From the NCBI GenBank assembly GCA_903857495.1, contig CAIOFF010000034.1:13467-77466 (forward strand): a stretch of 64,000 bases of DNA, in the 5' to 3' direction. Positions 57,405 to 64,000 of this stretch are shown in pieces (position 1 is the first letter of the stretch; each line of letters opens with the position of its first letter). The translations under genes and the position numbers were made by a program. Under the pieces are notes generated by a model, which was not told the origin of the DNA, searched no databases, and was given only the letters and a program-made list of their open reading frames with translations. The DNA comes from an uncultured Holophagaceae bacterium (GTDB lineage: Bacteria > Acidobacteriota > Holophagae > Holophagales > Holophagaceae).

Positions 57405-58364
57405 TCAGGGCACCTGCTCCCCGTGGGGATTGGACAGCAGGTAGAGGACCGCCATGCGGACCGGGACCCCGTTGGTCACCTGGTCGAGGATGAGGTTGTT
57501 GGGGCCGTCGGCCACGTCGCTGGTGATCTCAAGGCCCCGGTTGATGGGTCCCGGATGCAGCACGACGACATCCTTCCGGGCGCGCTTCATCCGCGCCGTG
57601 TTGAGCTGGTAGAAGCGGCTGTATTCGCCCTGGCCCGGGATGTAGGCGCCGGTGCCGCGCTCGAACTGGGCGCGGAGCATCATGATGGCGTCCTGCTCGG
57701 GCAGCACGGCGTCGAAGTCGTGGCAGATCTCGATGGCGGGCCAGGTGGCCTTCATCTCCTGGGGCACCAGGGTCGGCGGGCCCACGAGCGTGACCTTGGC
57801 GCCCATGCGGTTCAGGAGCCAGAGGTTGGAGCGGACCACGCGGCTGTTGCGGATGTCGCCCACGATGGCAACGCGCAGGCCCTCCAGCTTGCCGAACCGC
57901 TTGCGCAGGGTGTAGGCGTCCAGCAGGGCCTGGGTGGGGTGCTCATGGGAGCCGTCCCCGGCGTTGATGATGCTGGCCTTCATGTGCCGGGACAGCAGCG
58001 CGTGGGCGCCGGGGGCGCTGTGGCGCATGACAATCAGGTCCGGGTGCATGGCCTGGAGGTTCATGGCCGTGTCGATGAGGGTCTCGCCCTTGTTGAGGCT
58101 GCTGGTGTCGGCGTCGAAGTTGATGATCTCGGCGGACAGCCGCTTCTCGGCGATCTCGAAGCTGTTGCGGGTGCGGGTGCTGTTCTCGAAGAAGAGGTTC
58201 ACCACGAGCTTCTTGCGCAGGGCCGGCACGATCTTGATGCTGGGGCGCTCGCAGACCTCCTCGAAGGCCTGGGCCTGATCCAGGAGGGCGGTGATGTCCC
58301 GGGGGCTGAGGGGCTCGATGCCGAGCAGGTGCCGGTGGGGGAAGACGTAGCGTTCGGAGGTCAT
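57405..58364 (-). CDS. pyrB: Aspartate carbamoyltransferase catalytic subunit
   Basis: FFENSTRT, HPTQALLD, GDI.NSRV, HPGP.NRG.EI. Confidence 0.97.
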   Translation of the reverse strand: MTSERYVFPHRHLLGIEPLSPRDITALLDQAQAFEEVCERPSIKIVPALRKKLVVNLFFENSTRTRNSFEIAEKRLSAEIINFDADTSSLNKGETLIDTAMNLQAMHPDLIVMRHSAPGAHALLSRHMKASIINAGDGSHEHPTQALLDAYTLRKRFGKLEGLRVAIVGDIRNSRVVRSNLWLLNRMGAKVTLVGPPTLVPQEMKATWPAIEICHDFDAVLPEQDAIMMLRAQFERGTGAYIPGQGEYSRFYQLNTARMKRARKDVVVLHPGPINRGLEITSDVADGPNNLILDQVTNGVPVRMAVLYLLSNPHGEQVP

Positions 58365-58906
58365 CAGCAGGCCTCCACGGTGACGCCATCTTCGCCGTCG
58401 ATCTCCTTCATCCGCACGGCCACCCGGTGGCCCGGCGGTACTTCCACGGTGAGGCCTGCCAGGTCCGCCTGGATGGGTAGCTCGCGCCCGCTGCGGTCGG
58501 CCATGACGAGCAGCATCACGCGCCGGGGGCGCCCGTGGTCCAGCAGCGCATCCAGGGCGGCGCGCACCGTACGGCCGGTGTAGAGCACATCGTCCACCAG
58601 CACCACGGTGCGCTCCTTCAGGGTGAAGGGGATCTCCGTGGGCCGGACGATGGGGCTGCCCACCATCTCGGTGAGGTCGTCCCGGTAGAGGGTGATGTCG
58701 AGGGTGCCGACAGGGACCGCGGCCCCGGTGAGCGCGCGCAGCTGGATGGCCAGGCGCTCAGCCAGGGGCATGCCCCGGGAGCGGATGCCAAGCAGGACAA
58801 TCTCCTCTTCAGGCTTGACCCGGGCCAGGAGATCCGTGGCGAGACGATGGACGATCGCCTCCATCTGGCCGGGGTCCACGGGGCAGGGGCCTTGGGCAGC
58901 GGGCAT
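58364..58906 (-). CDS. pyrR: PyrR bifunctional pyrimidine regulator/uracil phosphoribosyltransferase
   Basis: GIRSRG, LDITLYRDDL, VVLVDDVLYTGRTVRAA, RELPI; ATG 58906 after GGAGG. Confidence 0.95.
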   Translation of the reverse strand: MPAAQGPCPVDPGQMEAIVHRLATDLLARVKPEEEIVLLGIRSRGMPLAERLAIQLRALTGAAVPVGTLDITLYRDDLTEMVGSPIVRPTEIPFTLKERTVVLVDDVLYTGRTVRAALDALLDHGRPRRVMLLVMADRSGRELPIQADLAGLTVEVPPGHRVAVRMKEIDGEDGVTVEAC

Positions 58907-59118
58907 GGATCCTCCGACGAGCGCCTGTTCCAGGCGGGCGCCCACGATTCCAAGTCTAGCCGAGGCGGGGGTAAGGAGCTGGAACGGAATAACCATGGCC
59001 CTCGTTGGCCCCAGTCGGGATGCATCCGCAGGGAAGTGGATGTCCGATCCCCTCCAGGTAGTATTTGCAGTATTCAAGTCGAATACGCCACCCTCCGATG
59101 CCCCATCTGAGGACAAAC

Positions 59119-59514
59119 ATGAGTCAGGAACGACGGCAATACCGAAGAATCCCCTTGGAGGCCTCCCTGAGCTTCCAGGAACTCAGCTTCCACAAGGGGG
59201 CGGATACGGCCACCAGCAGCTACCGGGATGTCTCGGCCGGCGGGCTCCTGCTGGACTCTCCCCGGGCCTACCCCCTGGGGGCCCTGCTCAAGCTCGAGCT
59301 GCGAGTGCCGGGCTGGGGCCGCTACCAGAACCACTTCGGCCCCGTCCAGGAGGCTGAAGTCCGGCCCCTGGTCGCCCTGGGCATGGTGGTGCGCGTCGAG
59401 CAGATGGATGCCGGAGACTACGAGCTGGGAATCAAGTTCCAGAACGTCTATCCCGATGACCTTGAAGCCCTTGTAAAATTCCTGGAGGCCACTGCGCCTC
59501 CTTCCTCACTCTGA
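59119..59514 (+). CDS. Single-domain PilZ protein
   Basis: ERRQYRR (RxxxR) and DVSAGG (DxSxxG) c-di-GMP motifs. Confidence 0.85.
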   Translation: MSQERRQYRRIPLEASLSFQELSFHKGADTATSSYRDVSAGGLLLDSPRAYPLGALLKLELRVPGWGRYQNHFGPVQEAEVRPLVALGMVVRVEQMDAGDYELGIKFQNVYPDDLEALVKFLEATAPPSSL

Positions 59515-59546
59515 TCCCGAGTCACCACCCCTTTCAGGAGGCCCCC

Positions 59547-59903
59547 GTGAAGATCCTCATCGTGGACGATTCCTCGACGATGCGGCGCATCATCATCAAC
59601 ACCCTGTCCCGCATCGGCTACACCGATGTGGTCGAGGGTGACAACGGCAAGAGCGGCCTCGAGCGGCTCGGCCAGGGCGGGGTGGAGATGATCATCACCG
59701 ACTGGAACATGCCGGAGATGGATGGGCTTGAGTTCGTGAAGACCGTGCGGACCCAGAACCCCGTCATCCCGATCCTGATGGTGACGACCAACGCTGCCAA
59801 GGAGGACATCGTCGAAGCCCTCCAGGCTGGCGTGAACAACTACGTGGTGAAGCCATTCACCCCGGAGACCCTCAAGGAAAAGATCGAGTCCCTCCTGGGA
59901 TAG
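59547..59903 (+). CDS. cheY: Chemotaxis response regulator CheY
   Basis: VDDSSTMRRII, TDWNMPEMDG, MVTT, YVVKPFT. Confidence 0.95.
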   Translation: MKILIVDDSSTMRRIIINTLSRIGYTDVVEGDNGKSGLERLGQGGVEMIITDWNMPEMDGLEFVKTVRTQNPVIPILMVTTNAAKEDIVEALQAGVNNYVVKPFTPETLKEKIESLLG

Positions 59904-59912
59904 GAGCAGGCC

Positions 59913-60512
59913 ATGGATCAGTCCGAAATCGATGCCCTCCTCTCGGGAGGGGCGAAGTCGCCGAAAAAGCCCGAGGCCAGCGCCCCCGTCAAGGATCCCG
60001 TGATTGCCCCGCCGGCCGTCACGGTGGCCCCCCACGCCGAGCCACAGGCGGATGGCAGTGGGCACGTGATCTCCGAGCTGGACACGGTCACCGCCGTCAC
60101 CGAGCGGGAATCCAACAAGGTCATGGACCAGCTGGATCAGATCGGCCAGCTCGTGAACCGCCAGCAGCGCCTCGTCACGGAGATCATGAGCAACGAAGGC
60201 GCCCAGGCGCCGGGCGTGCAGAAGGCGATCCTCGAGGTCATGAGCGCCAGCAAGGAGATCCAGGACAAGGTCTTCGAGGCCATGGACCTGATGCAGTTCC
60301 AGGACATCACCCGCCAGAAGCTGGAGCGCATCCTGCACCACCTGCGCCAGATCCACGACTACATCGTGGACCTGCTGGGCACCGGCCTGAAGAGTGACAC
60401 CCAGCGACCCTCCATCAGCCACACCATCGCGCAGACCGGCACCACGCCCGACGAGAACAAGGCCCACGCGGATGCGGTGATCGAGGCCTTCAAGTCCCAG
60501 AAGAAGGGGTGA
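59913..60512 (+). CDS. cheZ: CheZ-like phosphatase
   Basis: Catalytic-type motif MQFQDITRQK (DxxxQ); helical; N-terminal MDQSEIDALL. Confidence 0.7.
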   Translation: MDQSEIDALLSGGAKSPKKPEASAPVKDPVIAPPAVTVAPHAEPQADGSGHVISELDTVTAVTERESNKVMDQLDQIGQLVNRQQRLVTEIMSNEGAQAPGVQKAILEVMSASKEIQDKVFEAMDLMQFQDITRQKLERILHHLRQIHDYIVDLLGTGLKSDTQRPSISHTIAQTGTTPDENKAHADAVIEAFKSQKKG

Positions 60513-60515
60513 CCC

Positions 60516-62048
60516 ATGGCCGTCGAGTCCGCCCAGACCCTGCTCGCCACCGAGTTGGTGCCTTCAGGCCAGCTGGTCACCTTCACGCTCGACAACGTTG
60601 AGTTCGGCCTGGACATCGACCGGGTGCAGGAGATCACCCACCGGACTGACATCACCCCGATCCCCGGCAGCCCCAGCTTCATCCTGGGCGTCATCAACCT
60701 CCGCGGCCTGATCATCCCGGTCATCGACAGCCGGGTCCGGTTCCATCTGGCCCCCCAGGAGACCACCTCCAAGACCCGCATCATCGTGCTGCGCCTTGCC
60801 AGCGGACCCACGGGCCTGCTGGTGGACTCCGTGGCCGAGGTGGTGCGGCTCGAGGACCACGCCATTCGCGAGACCCCGCCCCTGGTGGCGGGCATCCGCG
60901 CCGAATACCTGGCGGGCATGGTTACCGTAGGCACCCGCCTGATCACCCTGATCCACCTGGAGAAGCTCCTGGAGAGCGCCGAGTTCACCCGTCGCGCCGA
61001 GTTCGATGATCTGGGCCTGGCCGGCACCATCGGGGGCACGGACGCCGACGACGACGATGACCTCGAGGAGGATGGCCAGCCCTACGTCACCTTCCGCCTG
61101 GGCCGGGAATCCTTCGGCATCGCCCTGCACGAGGTGGAGGAGATCGTCGAGCTGCCGCCGGTGACCAAGGTGCCGGATGCGCCGGACTACGTGCTGGGGG
61201 TGATCTGCCTGCGGGACCATGTCATGCCCTTGGTGGACATCTCCGAGATCCTCTCCATCCAGCAGGAGGGCGTCGAGCGCAAGCGCGACATGGTGGTGCT
61301 GCTCTCCTTCGGCAGCGCGAAGATCGGCGTGGTCGTGGACGAGATCCAGGAGATCCTCCGGGTGCAGGAGGGCCAGACCCTGCCGCCGCCCCAGACCCTC
61401 TCCGAGGACGAGCGCGAGCACCTGAGCGGCATCCTCCTGCTGCCGGGCCGCATGGTGAGCCTCATCAACGTCCTGAAGATCATCACGGGCGATGACCAGG
61501 AGAAGATCGCTGCCCTGGGCCAGGGCCTGGGCCTGGCGGACACCCGCACCCAGGAAGCGGCTCCCAGCCTCGAGCTGGTCGTGTTCCGCCTCGGGCCCGA
61601 GAACTACGCCCTGCGGCTCCACGAGGTGCGCGAGATCGTCATGGTGAGCCAGATCACGCCGGTGCCCCGGGCCCCCGAATTTGTGGACGGCGTCCTGAAC
61701 CTGCGGGGCGAAGTGATGCCCGTGGTGGACCTCCGCACGCGCTTCGGCCTGGAGCGCGTGGAGGCGACCAGCATCTCCCGCATCCTGATCACGAGCATCG
61801 GCGGGGTCTTCACCGGCCTCGTGGTGGATGCCGTGGACGAGGTCCGCCCCGTGGAGCTGAGCCGCTTCGGCCCGCCTCCCGCCGTCACGGCCGTGGGGGC
61901 CAACCGCTACATCGAGAAGGTCGCCCGGCTCGACAGCAGCATGATCTTCCTGCTGGAGCTCCAGCAGCTGCTGACGGACACGGAAACCAGCCAGCTCCAG
62001 AACCTCCAGGGACGCCGCCCTGCGGCCAGCCGAACGGGTGAGCCATGA
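60516..62048 (+). CDS. cheW: CheW protein with three tandem CheW domains
   Basis: Three units with V.F.L...FG/YA, V.EI, P.P..P..V.GV.NLRG...PV.D. Confidence 0.9.
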   Translation: MAVESAQTLLATELVPSGQLVTFTLDNVEFGLDIDRVQEITHRTDITPIPGSPSFILGVINLRGLIIPVIDSRVRFHLAPQETTSKTRIIVLRLASGPTGLLVDSVAEVVRLEDHAIRETPPLVAGIRAEYLAGMVTVGTRLITLIHLEKLLESAEFTRRAEFDDLGLAGTIGGTDADDDDDLEEDGQPYVTFRLGRESFGIALHEVEEIVELPPVTKVPDAPDYVLGVICLRDHVMPLVDISEILSIQQEGVERKRDMVVLLSFGSAKIGVVVDEIQEILRVQEGQTLPPPQTLSEDEREHLSGILLLPGRMVSLINVLKIITGDDQEKIAALGQGLGLADTRTQEAAPSLELVVFRLGPENYALRLHEVREIVMVSQITPVPRAPEFVDGVLNLRGEVMPVVDLRTRFGLERVEATSISRILITSIGGVFTGLVVDAVDEVRPVELSRFGPPPAVTAVGANRYIEKVARLDSSMIFLLELQQLLTDTETSQLQNLQGRRPAASRTGEP

Positions 62049-64000
62049 ACGATTTCGCCCTGGACGACCCCAGCTTCTATGAGGACTTCCTTGTCGAGGC
62101 CCAGGAACACTTCGAGCAGATCGAGACCAACTTCCTGGCCCTCGAAGAGGCCCCGGGCGACCTCGACCTGCTGAACGCCATCTTCCGCAGCGTCCACACC
62201 ATCAAGGGGGCCGCGGGCTTCCTCGGACTCCAGAAAGTGCTCTCGGTCAGCCACATGGGCGAGAACGTGCTGGACGACCTGCGCAAGGGCCGCATGGAGC
62301 TCAGCGACCGGGTCATGGAGCTGCTCTTCGAGACCGTGGACCTGCTCAAGGTGCTGGTCGACGACGTGGGCATCCAGGTCCGCAAGCAGGGCGAGCCCCA
62401 GGATCCGGATCCCAGCGAGCTGCTCCGGAACCTCGAATCCCTCAAGCGGGGAGAAGCTGTCGCCGCAGCCGCCGTCGGCGCGCCGGCGGTGCCCGCCCCC
62501 GCGAGCGTGGTCCAGCTGCCGCCCCTCCTGGCCGGGGTCAGTGAGGCTGGCAGGACCGCTGCCTTTGCTTCCCTCGCCGAGGGCAACACGGTGGTCGGCG
62601 TGCACGCCGAGCTCTCCGGCGCCATCTACGGCACGGCGTTCAATCCCTTCACGCTCTTCCAGGTCGCAGACCTGGTGGGGCGCCCGCTCCATCGGCAGCT
62701 CATTCCCCGCGAGCCCCTGGTGGACCTGGATTCCTTCGACCCCCGCAGCTTCCACCTGGATCTGGTGATCCTGCTTGAAGTCACCGAGTCGATGGAGGAG
62801 GTCAAGAAGGTCTTCGGCGCCGTCACCCACGCCGTCATCACCTACCATCCCCTGGCCATCGGCCCGGCACAGCCGCAGGCGGCCCCGGCCGCACCGGTGG
62901 CAGAAGTCGCTCCGGACCTCGCCACGCCAGAGCCCGCCACGCCGGAGCCTGCCGCGGCAGGGCCTGCCACTCCAGACCCGGCCGCCCCCACCGATGACCG
63001 TCGCAAGAACAGCCGTCGGGGCGGTGACGACAAGGGCGCTGGCGACACCATCCGGGTGAGTCAGGCCAAGCTCGAGCAGTTCATGAACATCGTGGCGGAG
63101 CTGATCATCAGCAAGACCATGATCAGCCACCTGGTGGAGCGCCTGGTGCCGCAGGTCAACGGCCATCCGGCCGCCGGCGTCGCCAAGGAGCTCGCGCACG
63201 CCTCGGTCTACCTGGACCACGTGAGCAAGGAGATCCAGGCCTCGGTGCTGGGCATCCGCATGGTGCCCGTGAAGACGGTCTTCTCGAAGTTCCCTCGCAT
63301 GCTCCGGGATCTGGCCAAGGCCAGCGGGAAGAAGATCGAGCTGCAGCTGGTGGGTGAGGACACCGAGATCGACAAGAGCATCATCGAGGAGCTGGGCGAC
63401 CCGATGATCCACCTGATCCGGAACAGCGCCGACCACGGCATCGAATCGCCGGAAGTGCGGCTCAAGGCGGGCAAGTCCGAGACGGGCATCGTGATCCTGC
63501 GCGCCCGCCACGAAGGCGACAGCGTGGTGGTCGAGATCGAGGACGACGGCAAGGGCATCGACCCGGCGGTCATCCGCGCCAAGGCCATCGAGAAGGGCCT
63601 GCTGACCACGGACCGGGCCGAGGCCATGCCCGATGAAGAGATCATCGAGCTCATCTTCGCGCCGGGCTTCAGCACCGCTGCCCAGGTCACGGACATCTCC
63701 GGCCGCGGCGTCGGCATGGACGTGGTGCGGTCCAATGTCCGCAAGCTCAACGGCCGGGTGGGCATCCGCTCCACGGTCGGGAAAGGCTCGGTCTTCACCA
63801 TCAAGCTCCCCCTGACCCTGGCCATCATCGACGCCCTGCTCGTGAAGAGCGGCGGGCAGGTCTTTGCCATCCCGGGCACCGCCGTCGAAGAGACCCTGAT
63901 CGTGCCCCTCGAGAGCGTGTCGCACCTCACCAGCCGGCAGGCCATCAACCTGCGCGGGGAGGTGCTGGGCGTGAGCCGCCTGCAGCACCTGCTGAAGTCC
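62045..64000 (+). CDS. cheA: Chemotaxis histidine kinase CheA (3' end beyond window)
   Basis: Not in ORF track because it is truncated. HPt IFRSVHTIKGAAG, TIRV...KLEQFMN.V.EL, HLIRNSADHG.E, DDGKG, FAPGFST, SGRGVGMDVV, LPLTLAI. Confidence 0.95.
   Translation, partial: MNDFALDDPSFYEDFLVEAQEHFEQIETNFLALEEAPGDLDLLNAIFRSVHTIKGAAGFLGLQKVLSVSHMGENVLDDLRKGRMELSDRVMELLFETVDLLKVLVDDVGIQVRKQGEPQDPDPSELLRNLESLKRGEAVAAAAVGAPAVPAPASVVQLPPLLAGVSEAGRTAAFASLAEGNTVVGVHAELSGAIYGTAFNPFTLFQVADLVGRPLHRQLIPREPLVDLDSFDPRSFHLDLVILLEVTESMEEVKKVFGAVTHAVITYHPLAIGPAQPQAAPAAPVAEVAPDLATPEPATPEPAAAGPATPDPAAPTDDRRKNSRRGGDDKGAGDTIRVSQAKLEQFMNIVAELIISKTMISHLVERLVPQVNGHPAAGVAKELAHASVYLDHVSKEIQASVLGIRMVPVKTVFSKFPRMLRDLAKASGKKIELQLVGEDTEIDKSIIEELGDPMIHLIRNSADHGIESPEVRLKAGKSETGIVILRARHEGDSVVVEIEDDGKGIDPAVIRAKAIEKGLLTTDRAEAMPDEEIIELIFAPGFSTAAQVTDISGRGVGMDVVRSNVRKLNGRVGIRSTVGKGSVFTIKLPLTLAIIDALLVKSGGQVFAIPGTAVEETLIVPLESVSHLTSRQAINLRGEVLGVSRLQHLLKS

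Noticed and set aside
62921-62990. ATPEP-type short repeats in cheA
   Set aside because: Ordinary Pro/Ala-rich interdomain linker typical of CheA.

Overview
High-GC (roughly 68-70% by eye) bacterial chromosomal window. Gene content and style suggest an anaerobic Acidobacteriota of the Holophagae/Geothrix type (inference only). In order: a 5' fragment of a BrnT-type toxin at the left edge; a small ORF plus SulP/STAS transporter; a beta-propeller sensor kinase with a NarL-type regulator; an operon of CoA-transferase, LIV-type ABC transporter and 3-hydroxybutyrate dehydrogenase; a lower-GC accessory island (about 13.6-24.6 kb) with a Zn-ribbon membrane protein, DUF2752, secreted WD40, FHA-GAF-PP2C phosphatase, Ser/Thr kinase and two secreted unknowns; an array of tRNA-arm-like repeats running up to tRNA-Pro(GGG); two large secreted proteins of unknown function (about 1080 aa beta-rich, 1148 aa FN3); NtrX-like regulator and MerR; a cytochrome c / DUF3373-like porin / PsrABC(PhsABC)-like / TorD operon; chemoreceptors including a split PAS + MCP-CZB pair; moaA/mobA, tatD, FecR-DUF6600, acyl-CoA dehydrogenase, ubiE/menG; pyrR-pyrB-gpmI; and a PilZ-cheY-cheZ-cheW(x3)-cheA cluster running off the right edge. 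The strongest novelty candidates are the tRNA-Pro-derived D/T-arm repeat array whose family also marks the far island border, the two-gene large secreted pair, the porin-cytochrome module fused to a polysulfide/thiosulfate reductase operon, and a shared CRP/FNR-like motif at three loci. All family assignments are from motif recognition by eye; no searches were run.
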